This document shows, piece after piece, positions 40,287 through 53,170 of a DNA stretch of 63,796 nt (position 1 is its first letter; every line of letters begins with the position of its first letter). Made by a program: the position numbers and the translations under genes. The notes under the pieces were generated by a model. That model did not search any database. It had not been told where the DNA came from and saw only the letters and a list, made by a program, of their open reading frames with translations. The stretch covers positions 38,383,424 through 38,447,219 of the forward strand of contig NC_068986.1 of the NCBI RefSeq assembly GCF_001194135.2, written 5' to 3'. Source of the DNA: Octopus bimaculoides. Lineage: Eukaryota.

Positions 40287-42064
40287 ATATATATATATAT
40301 ATATATATATAAGAGCACATCATCATCATCATGGGCGGTAAACGACGATGATGATGATGATGATGTGCTCTTCTTAAAACATTAAAAGTTTTTAGCTCCT
40401 TTTTCATAGTGACAAATTTTTCCTTTATGTTATTCTATTGCACCTAGCTGTTGATATTAATGTTTAGTACACACATATATGTATATGTATACACATATGC
40501 ATTATGACAGTCTTCCTTCATTTTCTGTGTAGGAAATCCACTCATGAAAGTTTGCCACACAATAGAACTGAATCCATTTTTCTTTCTCTTTTTTTTGTGT
40601 CCTTTTTCTTGATAAGCTCTTTTTAATGTGTCAGTGAATTTTGGAAGTTGTATTAACTTTACCTAATTCCAAATACAATTCAAGAATAACAAATGTAACA
40701 AGTAATGATCTTAAAATAATTATCTATAGCAGACATTCATATAAAGTACAAGATCTCTGTTTTTGCAGGGTCTCTTGTGCTTTCAAATTAGAAAAGGGAA
40801 AAAAGAAACAAAAAAAAGTGAAAAGAAACTAAATTGGGAATATTTCAAAAGAATTCCAAAATGGGGCTTGGCTGACAAACCTTTCATAATGAAACAAACC
40901 AAATCTTGCTCAAGATTTGGTTAATCACCACTCAGGTCTTTAGAAAATATTTTCATGGAAATTTATTTTATCAAATTTGGATAAGTAAGAGTGAAGTATT
41001 CATATCTAAAATAAAACCGTCCATTTATATTTAACATAATTTCTTTTCTTTTTGATGTATGAGTAATTTAGTTTTTGTCTACATTGGTGATTGGGTTATT
41101 ATCCAAAGGTTTTAAGTCTGGCACATATTGTGTTGTTGTTTTTCAACTAGATACATAACATTGTCTGCCTCAGTTTGTCTAGCTGAAAGACCAGCATGAT
41201 CCTATTTTATGTTTGAATTAGTCTATGGTGAGAGAAGTTATCTATCCAGCTGTAAAAAATCCAGTTGGATGAAAGGCAAAGTTGACTTCAGTGACATCTG
41301 AACTCTAAGTATAAATATCTATGACTAAATACTGCAAGTATTTCATCAGGCACTTATGATTTGATAGAAGCAATAGATATGGAGCTGTAGAGCTGAAGTA
41401 CATAATTTACAGGATCTGCTTTGGTGACTCATATTTTGTAGTTCAAATTATACAAAGATTAACTCTGCTTTTTATTATTCTCAGCAGATCAATAAAATAA
41501 GTTGTTGTGCTGTAATGGAATCAATAGATCAATAACCTTCACCTATTATAAAAAGTGTTGTGGGTCTTGGGCTTTACCTTCTTACCTGAAAAATATTAAT
41601 AGTGAAGATAAAAACTTAACACGATCTTTTCTCAGACAACTTAAGTGTACAAATTATAATCTGTTTACACTCAAGATCAGAGCTAATTTGCAGAGTAAAC
41701 AGTTTTAATGTAGATAACTAGGCTTCAGTAATGTTAATCTGTATTGATATAAAAGATTAATATATTTCAGGTAAAACAAGTGTTTGCAAATACACCTACA
41801 CACGTACAGAACCAATAACTATTTAATATCTGATTGAGTCAAGAATTAATAAAACCTACTTTACAATGATCGTATAGTAAAATCACAATGCAGAAATTGC
41901 TGGTGTACACCCAGATCTGAAACCCAGTTTTTAAATTAAGATAAAGAGAGTGACTGAGTAGGGAAAGTGATAAAGTGTTGTTTCCATATTATATTGAGTT
42001 TCATTTTCTTTGTATTTGTGTATAACAAGAGGTAAAACTGAACATATGACTAAATTCATATGAG

Positions 42065-42099
42065 CAGTGTTTCTCAACCTTTTTACTCTTAAAATAAAT

Positions 42100-42160
<61 letters not shown>

Positions 42161-42359
42161 TTATTATTTTTTTTATGACATAATAGGTTAGATAGGATGA
42201 TGTCTATATTACAATATTACAATAACCAATATGTTGTGCATGCATAGTAATATTACGATCATGAAATTAGCATTAGCTTATCTCACTCTTTCTTGCAGAA
42301 CTGGTAGGAACCTTTTGTGGAACCTTAGGGTTCCAGGGAACCCCGGTTGAGAAACGCTA
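42065..42359. mobile_element. hAT MITE with perfect 8-bp TSD and internal (TA)n
   Basis: catatgag|CAGTGTTTCTCAACC ... GGTTGAGAAACGCTA|catatgag. Confidence 0.9.
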
Positions 42360-43056
42360 CATATGAGCAACCAGTTTTATTTGACAAGTACAGAGATAAT
42401 GTGTCTTTATAAATGTTGTTGTTTAACCCTCATCCTCTGAGATAGTCAGTACAAGGCAGACCTATCATCAATGATATTCCAGCCATGAACATCCAGTTCA
42501 TTTTTGTATATCCAGAACTACAAAATGCAGAATTTTTTAAATTTTTTTATTTCTTTGGTTATCTATTTTTTAAACCCAAATATAATAAATATATTTTCAG
42601 CAATTAATTACAAGAAGTATAAAAAAAGGATTTTTTAGTTTCATAATTATTTAAAAAGCTAGGACTTTAAATAAGATTAAATCAACAAAAGTATATTCCA
42701 GTATAATAATTTTCTATTATATGTGCTGCTTCAGAAAGCCACAGGTTCTTCAACCTTATCTTTGACCACAGGTCTTCTTGATCAAGACTGATCTGAGACT
42801 GGAGAATAACAGCAGTCAAATCACCATCATCATCATTTAATGTCCACTTTTCTGTGCTTGCATGGGTCGGGTGTAATTTGGTGAGGAAGATTCTTTATGG
42901 CCATGTGCCCTTCCTGTTGCCAGTTCTCACCTGTTTTCAAACAAGGTAATATTTCTCTTTCTCCGTGGCCAGACATGCTTTCCCATGGAAGACAGGAAAT
43001 TAACAACATTATTTGTATAATAGTGACACTCATTTACAACCATCACATGATGTCAA

Positions 43057-43128
<72 letters not shown>

Positions 43129-44401
43129 NNNNNNNNNNNNNNNNNNNNNNNNNNNNNNNNNNNNNNNNNNNNNNNNNNNNNNNNNNNNNNNNNNNNNNNN
43201 NNNNNNNNNNNNNNNNNNNNNNNNNNNNNNNNNNNNNNNNNNNNNNNNNNNNNNNNNNNNNNNNNNNNNNNNNNNNNNNNNNNNNNNNNNNNNNNNNNNN
43301 NNNNNNNNNNNNNNNNNNNNNNNNNNNNNNNNNNNNNNNNNNNNNNNNNNNNNNNNNNNNNNNNNNNNNNNNNNNNNNNNNNNNNNNNNNNNNNNNNNNN
43401 NNNNNNNNNNNNNNNNNNNNNNNNNNNNNNNNNNNNNNNNNNNNNNNNNNNNNNNNNNNNNNNNNNNNNNNNNNNNNNNNNNNNNNNNNNNNNNNNNNNN
43501 NNNNNNNNNNNNNNNNNNNNNNNNNNNNNNNNNNNNNNNNNNNNNNNNNNNNNNNNNNNNNNNNNNNNNNNNNNNNNNNNNNNNNNNNNNNNNNNNNNNN
43601 NNNNNNNNNNNNNNNNNNNNNNNNNNNNNNNNNNNNNNNNNNNNNNNNNNNNNNNNNNNNNNNNNNNNNNNNNNNNNNNNNNNNNNNNNNNNNNNNNNNN
43701 NNNNNNNNNNNNNNNNNNNNNNNNNNNNNNNNNNNNNNNNNNNNNNNNNNNNNNNNNNNNNNNNNNNNNNNNNNNNNNNNNNNNNNNNNNNNNNNNNNNN
43801 NNNNNNNNNNNNNNNNNNNNNNNNNNNNNNNNNNNNNNNNNNNNNNNNNNNNNNNNNNNNNNNNNNNNNNNNNNNNNNNNNNNNNNNNNNNNNNNNNNNN
43901 NNNNNNNNNNNNNNNNNNNNNNNNNNNNNNNNNNNNNNNNNNNNNNNNNATATATGCATATGTATATACATACTTAGACTATGAGGTGTTTAGTTTTCCT
44001 ATGGCCAGACATGTTTTGTATAGTATAGTGAAAATGAGTGACACTGCTTTTATGAGAGTGACACTCATTGATGATCATCAAGCAATGTCAAGACAAGGAG
44101 CCACACACACACACACACACACACGCATGCATACACATGTACACACACACATGCATAAAAGCCATAGAGTCAAGGAAGTATGAGAGAAATATATCTTTAT
44201 TTAATTACATGACAGGATTACATTCATCTTGCAACCTCCTTCATGTAGCATTAACTTTAGTGTGGAAGGAATTATGCTTGTATGTTTGCATTAATATGTG
44301 TGCTCAGCATTATAAAATACAATTGTATATTTACAAATTAATGCAAATAATATGCACGTGTATGCATGCATGCACACACACACATACACACACACACACA
44401 C

Positions 44402-44493
<92 letters not shown>

Positions 44494-45055
44494 GATATGA
44501 AGAGCTTTCATCAGGATGATTCAAACTAATAGGTATGTGCTCTAAGTGCTCAAAGTGGTGTGCCACCAAAATTCCAGTTTGAACAGCAGCTGAAGTCATA
44601 GTTTTGTAATTGTCTTGTTCAAAACAGCTAAAGGTGGCTTTCCTTTGAGTAGTTATAGGTTAAAGTAGTGAAGAAAAAGATAAACAATTAAATGTCTTTG
44701 TTCAGCCTTGCCTAATTGTTTGCCTTTCCTCGCTACTATACATACATATATTATGTGTGTGTGCACACGCACGTGTGTGTGTGTGTGTATGCAACAGGCT
44801 TCTTTCAATTTCCATCTACCAAACCCACTCACAAAGCTTTGGTTGGCCCAGGACATTAGTAGGAGACACTTGTCCAAAACACAATGCAGTAAGTCTGAAC
44901 ATAAAACCACATGGTTGGGAAACAAGCTTAACCTCACAGCTACAACTGTACCAATTTGTAACCAATAAAAGATAATCAACTGAGATCAGTATTTTGTATC
45001 CTGTTAGCATTACATATATATATATATATAGGCAGTGTCAGCTATGGAAAGTTAA

Positions 45056-46026
45056 GCTAACAGGATACAAAATACTGATCTCTCTGTTATTTTAACAGCT
45101 AGAAAATCAGTAATTAAGTTCGATAATAAATATGGGGTTCAAAAAGATTCCTATAATTCATTTGACATAACCATGGGGTCTGTGGATTCTGCCCAGGTAA
45201 TGGACCTAGTAGGCATATTCATTCTGTATAACTTGAATAATGAATTTCCTGAAACTATGGTTAGATTATATAGGAATGATGCACTGTTTCTCGTTAAAAA
45301 CCCATCAAATAAGAAATTGAAACTATATAAGAAAAAAATTGCCTAAATTCTTTAAAAATTATGGTCTTTCAATCTTTATTGAAAAAGAAAATAACTCAGT
45401 CAATTTTTTGGATATTAACTTTAATCTTGCAACTGGTAGATATGAACCATATTATAAGCCTAACATGAATCTAAGATATATTTATAATCTAAGAAATCAT
45501 CCAAAATCAATAAAATACACATTAATTAAAAACATAGAAAAGAGACTAACTTATCTCTCATATAATGAAACGATCTATAAAAATGCTAATTTCTATAATA
45601 ATGCACTTGAAAAAGCAGGATGTAAGGATAAGATAAAATATCATAGACCGAATGAATACATGCTTAATGAAAATAGTGAAAATAAAATAAGGAGTAACCC
45701 AAATATAATATATAATGAATGGATTAAAACTACAGATAATGGTAAAATAAAGAAAGTATAGATAGAAAAATAAAATTTTGATTAGATAAACCCTTTGATA
45801 AATGGCCAAAATTTTAAAGATGAAGAATAATAAACAGATTGTAAAAATAAATACTAAAGTTGAATCTAAACTCATGAAACCTGATATTAAATATGGTAAT
45901 AATAAATATGAAAAAAATTGGTAAGGTAAGCAGATGATTCCTTTCTGTCAAAGAGTGTATGCTCAAAATGTAAAAGACTCTTCCATTTTTCCTGAGTGTT
46001 AAACTAATACACCTGTTTGTTGTTCC
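45056..46026 (+). mobile_element. Penelope-like retroelement fragment (RT core/thumb pseudogene + 3' repeat)
   Basis: Translation gives ILTARKSVIKF...FDITMGSVDSAQVMDLVG...LYRNDAL..., a frameshift in a poly-A near 45335, then FFKNYGLSIFIE...VNFLDINFNLATGRYEPYYKPN...NHPKSIKYTLIKNIEKRL. This matches PLE RT motifs FDVTMGSxDGAE..LVG, YRDDGL, FLDVT, YRKPN, SNHP. Confidence 0.9.
45940..45976 (+). ncRNA. Decayed minimal (type I) hammerhead ribozyme of the Penelope-like terminal repeat
   Basis: cttt-CTGTCAA-a-gag-tgtatg-ctc-AAAAT-GTA-aaag. Stem I and stem II pairings are intact; the core departs from CTGACGA/GAAAC mainly by CpG-type transitions. Confidence 0.6.
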
Positions 46027-46816
46027 TACACCTGTCTTCGTCTTTTNNNNNNNNNNNNNNNNNNNNNNNNNNNNNNNNNNNNNNNNNNNNNNNNNNNNNN
46101 NNNNNNNNNNNNNNNNNNNNNNNNNNNNNNNNNNNNNNNNNNNNNNNNNNNNNNNNNNNNNNNNNNNNNNNNNNNNNNNNNNNNNNNNNNNNNNNNNNNN
46201 NNNNNNNNNNNNNNNNNNNNNNNNNNNNNNNNNNNNNNNNNNNNNNNNNNNNNNNNNNNNNNNNNNNNNNNNNNNNNNNNNNNNNNNNNNNNNNNNNNNN
46301 NNNNNNNNNNNNNNNNNNNNNNNNNNNNNNNNNNNNNNNNNNNNNNNNNNNNNNNNNNNNNNNNNNNNNNNNNNNNNNNNNNNNNNNNNNNNNNNNNNNN
46401 NNNNNNNNNNNNNNNNNNNNNNNNNNNNNNNNNNNNNNNNNNNNNNNNNNNNNNNNNNNNNNNNNNNNNNNNNNNNNNNNNNNNNNNNNNNNNNNNNNNN
46501 NNNNNNNNNNNNNNNNNNNNNNNNNNNNNNNNNNNNNNNNNNNNNNNNNNNNNNNNNNNNNNNNNNNNNNNNNNNNNNNNNNNNNNNNNNNNNNNNNNNN
46601 NNNNNNNNNNNNNNNNNNNNNNNNNNNNNNNNNNNNNNNNNNNNNNNNNNNNNNNNNNNNNNNNNNNNNNNNNNNNNNNNNNNNNNNNNNNNNNNNNNNN
46701 NNNNNNNNNNNNNNNNNNNNNNNNNNNNNNNNNNNNNNNNNNNNNNNNNNNNNNNNNNNNNNNNNNNNNNNNNNNNNNNNNNNNNNNNNNNNNNNNNNNN
46801 NNNNNNNNNNNNNNNA

Positions 46817-47615
46817 GGATGTGTAGAATATTTCAGGACATTTATATTTATTAAAAAAACAGGTATATAATAACAGATAATAACTTTATTTATCAAAAAA
46901 TGCTATGAGGATAAAAATAAACATTCTTTTCTATAATGTTATTCAATAAAGCCACCTTCAGCTTCAACAACTGCTTCTATGTGAGATCTAAATCATCTAC
47001 ATGCCCATATCAAGCGGTCCTGGTTCATTTTGGACATTACACTGACTATGGCAGCTTTCAAAGAATCTTTGGTGTTATGGGTGTATTCATTGACCTCTCT
47101 CTCAACAACCCTCCACACAATTGTCCAATGGATTGAGACCTGGGGAATTAGGAGGCCAGATATTAGGGGTTATGTGATCATGAAAATGTTCAGCCATCTA
47201 TTCCTGTGTTACTAGAGTCATGTGTGATAGTGCAGAGTCTCACTGAAACACATATGGCTTTCCATTGCCTACACTGTCTATCCAGGGCTTAACAATTATT
47301 TCCAGAGTTAACTCTGTGGAAAGAAGTTAGGAGGCATCACATGTCCTTCATTGCTGACAACCCCTAAAACCATGACAATTGCAGGAAGTTCAGAAGGGTC
47401 TGCACATACCATCTGTCATTTCTTCTGTTAACTTTTTGATCATGGTCAAAGTTTTTCTCATTTGAGAAAAACCAAATCAAATCTTCTTCTGCTGGATTTT
47501 TCAGTTTGTTTAAGAACCTTTTAGATCTGATGTAGTGATTTTCTTTTGCCTTTTTTGACAAATTAACCTTTCCTCATCATATAAGACTTATCTCTGATGT
47601 CTTCGCAGACAACAT
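46817..47615 (-). mobile_element. DD37D (maT/mori-type) Tc1/mariner transposase remnant, truncated by gaps
   Basis: Minus strand gives EEDLIWFFSNEKNFDHDQKVNRRNDRW...VMVLGVVSNEGHVMPP...KPWIDSV..KPYVFQ*DSALSH...NIWPPNSP. Homologous to 62077-63160. Confidence 0.88.
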
Positions 47616-48452
47616 NNNNNNNNNNNNNNNNNNNNNNNNNNNNNNNNNNNNNNNNNNNNNNNNNNNNNNNNNNNNNNNNNNNNNNNNNNNNNNNNNNNNN
47701 NNNNNNNNNNNNNNNNNNNNNNNNNNNNNNNNNNNNNNNNNNNNNNNNNNNNNNNNNNNNNNNNNNNNNNNNNNNNNNNNNNNNNNNNNNNNNNNNNNNN
47801 NNNNNNNNNNNNNNNNNNNNNNNNNNNNNNNNNNNNNNNNNNNNNNNNNNNNNNNNNNNNNNNNNNNNNNNNNNNNNNNNNNNNNNNNNNNNNNNNNNNN
47901 NNNNNNNNNNNNNNNNNNNNNNNNNNNNNNNNNNNNNNNNNNNNNNNNNNNNNNNNNNNNNNNNNNNNNNNNNNNNNNNNNNNNNNNNNNNNNNNNNNNN
48001 NNNNNNNNNNNNNNNNNNNNNNNNNNNNNNNNNNNNNNNNNNNNNNNNNNNNNNNNNNNNNNNNNNNNNNNNNNNNNNNNNNNNNNNNNNNNNNNNNNNN
48101 NNNNNNNNNNNNNNNNNNNNNNNNNNNNNNNNNNNNNNNNNNNNNNNNNNNNNNNNNNNNNNNNNNNNNNNNNNNNNNNNNNNNNNNNNNNNNNNNNNNN
48201 NNNNNNNNNNNNNNNNNNNNNNNNNNNNNNNNNNNNNNNNNNNNNNNNNNNNNNNNNNNNNNNNNNNNNNNNNNNNNNNNNNNNNNNNNNNNNNNNNNNN
48301 NNNNNNNNNNNNNNNNNNNNNNNNNNNNNNNNNNNNNNNNNNNNNNNNNNNNNNNNNNNNNNNNNNNNNNNNNNNNNNNNNNNNNNNNNNNNNNNNNNNN
48401 NNNNNNNNNNNNNNNNNNNNNNNNNNNNNNNNNNNNNNNNNNNNNNNNNNNN

Positions 48453-48498
<46 letters not shown>

Positions 48499-49339
48499 TA
48501 TACATATACATATATATGTGTATGTGTGTGTGTGTGTGTGTGTAAATGTATCTATTTATGTGTATGTGTTTGTGTCTATGTTCGTACCTCCACTGTTGCT
48601 TGACAACTGATGTTGGAGTGTTTATGTCTCTGTAACTTAGCAGGTTGGCAAAAATGACTGATAGAATAAGAACTATGCTCACAAAGGATAAGTTCTGTCA
48701 TTGATTTCTTCAACTAAAAACCCCTTTAAGGTGGTGCTCCAGCATAACCGCAGTTGAATGACTGAAACAAATACAAGAATAAAAGAATATATACATACAT
48801 ACATACATACATGCAAATAAAAATATGCAAATAAAAATATGCACGACTTTTCTCAACTTCCAAATGTGAATTTGTCTCTGTTAAACTACATCCCAAAGGT
48901 GGGGCCTTGTGTCTTTGTTGGAAACCGGTTCCCTCCTCAGTGGAAGATTTATAATAATTAAAAAACAGAAGAGAAATACATACATACATACATACATACA
49001 TACATACATACATACATACATACATACATGTAATGTCTCTTCAACACATTCAACATTTCTCATAGGTAATATCTTTTAAGAAGAGAATACATAAATAAGT
49101 AGACAAATGAATAATGTGTTAAGTTTATTAAGTGAAGGTTATTTGATATGAAGAACAATAAGTATCTTAAGTTTTCATGATTTGTAAGGTCAGTGAATTG
49201 TTTTTAGGCCGACTACTCACTGACTATCTATAATCTTGGATGGAGATCATAGTATCAGATCATATTTATTTGTATACGGTGCATTCTAATTTGTTGTGTA
49301 TGTAACTATATATGCATGTGTTTGTGTATATGCACGTGC

Positions 49340-49370
<31 letters not shown>

Positions 49371-49487
49371 NNNNNNNNNNNNNNNNNNNNNNNNNNNNNN
49401 NNNNNNNNNNNNNNNNNNNNNNNNNNNNNNNNNNNNNNNNNNNNNNNNNNNNNNNNNNNNNNNNNNNNNNNNNNNNNNNNNNNNNNN

Positions 49488-49543
<56 letters not shown>

Positions 49544-50274
49544 ATGAGTGTACTTCAGTTGAGATCATTTCATACACATATCCAGTGGGTGTATAGAGTA
49601 AATAATTTCAAATGTGCATATCCATTACTGCTGACTTTCAAATCTTGTAGCTTAAGAATGATGAAGTAGCTGTGCAGTCATTTAACATGCTAGAAAGAGC
49701 AGCTAAATTTGTCTCAAATCACACATTACTATCTTGAATAAAGTGTACATTGGATAATGTTATCCACAATACATGAAAAATAGAATGGCCTGGGCTAAAA
49801 TCTCTTTTGATTATAGCTCTGTACAATCATGGTTGATCTGAGGGTAAAGAAGCCAGTCAAGGAGCCACTATGCAGTTGCTTGACCTGTTAGAAATAGCGA
49901 CCAAATATCCCTCGAATCACACCCAACTATCTTCAAAAAGGACATAGACAAAGGTAGAGAGCTTTTGTGCACTTGCTTGACAGGCTAGAAATAATAATCA
50001 AATATCCCTCAAATCACACTCTGCTACATATTCATGGAGGTGGCAGTTTAAAAGGAACATTGCTAGGCCATTTAGAACAAAGAATCATTTGAATCTTAGC
50101 TTCATTGGTTCCACCTTGGCAATCATATTCATCATATGCTCATTGCTGCTCTAAATTTAAAAGTTGTTCTTTATTCAACATCTTCTTCAGTCAGCTTATA
50201 CTCTGAGTATCTTTATTTCCTTAAGGTAAATTTATCACTTATAAATCATGAATCATTTACATTATATATTCTTT

Positions 50275-50443
50275 TACTTGTTTCAGTCATTTGACTGTGG
50301 CCATGCTGGAGCATCACCTCGTAGGGTTTTCTTAGACTAGGCTTATTATTTGTAAGCCTAGTATTTATTCTACTGCTTTTTTGTTTTTTACTGAATTGCT
50401 AAGTTACAGGGACATGAACACACTGACAAACACAGACACACAC

Positions 50444-50516
<73 letters not shown>

Positions 50517-50676
50517 ACTGGCTTCTTTCAGTTTCCATTTACCAAATCCATTTACAAGGCTTTAGTCAACCCAAGGCTATAGATAGTAGAAAACATTTGC
50601 CCAAGGTGCCACACAGTGGGACTGAACCCAGAACCATGTGGTTGAGAAGCAGGCTTCTTACCACACAGCCATGCCT
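50275..50676 (-). mobile_element. Microsatellite-containing tRNA-SINE with long internal (TA)n
   Basis: Tail 50275-50445, (TA)n ~50447-50513, head to 50676. Confidence 0.85.
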
Positions 50677-51413
50677 ACATCGTCATTGTCAGTGATAACT
50701 CATATTCAAGTTCTAAATCTGTAGCCATTGACTGAGCCTCTATCTTAATAGGGGTAAGAAAAGGTATGTACCATCATAGAGGTCAACTGCTCTGATGATA
50801 TAAAAATCACTCCAAAAAATCACAGAGAAAGAAGACAGTTATGGATAATTACTTCAGAACCTACAGTTTCCAAACCCCAATTATAAATCCACATCTATAC
50901 CAATAATAATTGAGGCACTTGATTTTGTTAGTAAACACCTAAAAAACAATCTGGAAATGCTTGAGTTTTCATAGTAAGGACAATGAATCACCTAACATGC
51001 ACATTACAAATATAACCTGTAAGTGGAATAATAAGAATGTGCAAGACTTTCCAAAATGTGACATCGTTTTTGTTACTTACATTCCAACAACAGAGCATTG
51101 CATCTTTGTTAGAAAGCAATTCCTTCCTTACAGGAATACTTCAAATAATTAAAAACAAAAGGGAATATATCATCATCATCAACAGCAGCAGCAGTAGCAG
51201 CATATGCATAAAGAAAATGTTTTTAAAATGTTGATAGTGACATCAAAGTTTCAATTATGGTCAGCTTTGTCAAACATTCTGATCATTGCTGGATATTTAA
51301 AGCACTATTAATTTTTTCATAGTAAAAATAAATTTTATATCCTACACATACATATTGTGAATTTTACATTTAATGTTTGAATGTTTTTATGTGCAATCAT
51401 GCATAAAACGCAC

Positions 51414-51472
<59 letters not shown>

Positions 51473-52029
51473 TAGATAGATAGATGTGTGTGTGTGTGTG
51501 TGTGTGTGTGTACTCAAGGTTATGTTAGTGTAATTTGAGAAAGATTTGGCTGGTTCTTGTGCTACTTGTGTAATATAGAGCAACTACATAGAGGCTAACT
51601 CTTTGGCTTATGGCCAAACAAACTCTCAATTGTTTGGTAAACAGAAGCAATAATTTCCCCCCAACTTCTTCACTCTTACAAATTCTTGCCACTTTTTCTT
51701 CTTCCAGCAATCCATCTAAATGGTTGAGAGCCATCAATTTATGGTTAAACATATTCTTAGATACTAAAGTACATCAGCATATATTTCTGTCTTCCAATCA
51801 TACAAGACAACTCCGTTCTTTGGTTGCTGTTGGACTTTTTTCTAGTTCCTTTACTAAGCAGCTGTTTTTTCATAAAGCCACTTTTCTGCTATTTAAATCT
51901 CATGTGTAAGTTCTTCTATAGCTGGTTTTCTCACCCCATTCCTTTTCTTCTGCTTTATTTACCTCTTGGCAACTCTTTGAAAGTAACTCTACCTCCAATC
52001 TGATTTGTTCCAATAATTTGAATTTACAC

Positions 52030-53170
52030 TTTTACTATAACAGTTTCAAAGTTTGGTCAATAGCCAGTAATTTTGAGGAGAGGGTAGTTGGTCAGTTACA
52101 TAAACTCCAGTACTTGAGTGGTACTTTATTTTATCAACTCTGGAAGGATAAAAGACGAAGTCAACTCAGGTGAGATTTGAACTCAGAACATAAAGAGCTG
52201 GAAGAAATGTCACTAAGCATTTTGTCCTATGTTGTAATGATTCTGCTAGCTCACTGCCTCCACATCATCTATAATGGCTTCAAGTTTTAACACAAAGGTG
52301 GTAATTTCAATGGGAGGGTGGTCAGCTGATTACATCAGCTCCAGTTCTTTACTGGTGCTTTATTTTATCGATCTCCCACCGAAAAAAAAAAAAAAAGGAT
52401 GAAAGGCAAAGTTGATTCTGGTAGGATTTGAACTCAGGATGTAAAGAGGTGGAAGAAATGCCACTAAGCATTTTGTCCAATGTGCAAACAATTCTGCTAG
52501 TTTGTTGCCTCCATTTTTACTATAATACAACAACAAACAAAGATATGTATGAGTAAAATATTGTTTTTTAAGTGTTATTATTTGATCTTAAAAATAGCAA
52601 TAACAATACAAATAGCACATAACAATGCTATTTCACTTACTTATGCTATGTACCTGAGAAGTTGTAGTTCACCTGAGCACTGTATACAATAAGCTCTTTA
52701 TTATTAATGGTGAACAAAGGCAGCGAGCTGGTAGAATCATTTACATGCTGGACAAAATGTTTAGTGGAATTTTGCCTATCTGAGTTCAAATTTCATCGTG
52801 GTTGACATTGCTTTTCATCCTTTCAGGGTCAATAAAATAAGTACTAAGTAGGTACTGGGGTCGATGTAATTGACTTAACCCTACCCCTGAAATTGCTGGC
52901 CTTGTGCACAAATTTGAAAATATTATCAGTGATCAACAAAGGCAGCAAGCTGGCAGAATCATTGGCATACTGGACAAAATGCTTAATGAAATTTTGTCTG
53001 TCTTTATGTTCTGAGTTCAAATCCTACTGAGGTCGACTTTGCTTTTCATCCTTCTGGGGGCGGGGGGGAATAAAATAAGTACCAGTGGAACACTGGGGTT
53101 CAATGTCATTGACTAGCACCCCACCTCCCCTCAAAATTTCAGGCCTTGTGTCAATAGCAGAAAGGATTAT
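52030..53170. mobile_element. Cluster of four Meta-like SINEs (two minus, two plus)
   Basis: ~52030-52260 (-), ~52275-52512 (-), ~52717-52922 (+), ~52939-53170 (+); all share the head and core. Confidence 0.85.

Noticed and set aside
48880-48950. CTGAGGA plus hairpin on the minus strand, a possible hammerhead
   Set aside because: No GAAA/GAAAC after stem II and no clear stem I.
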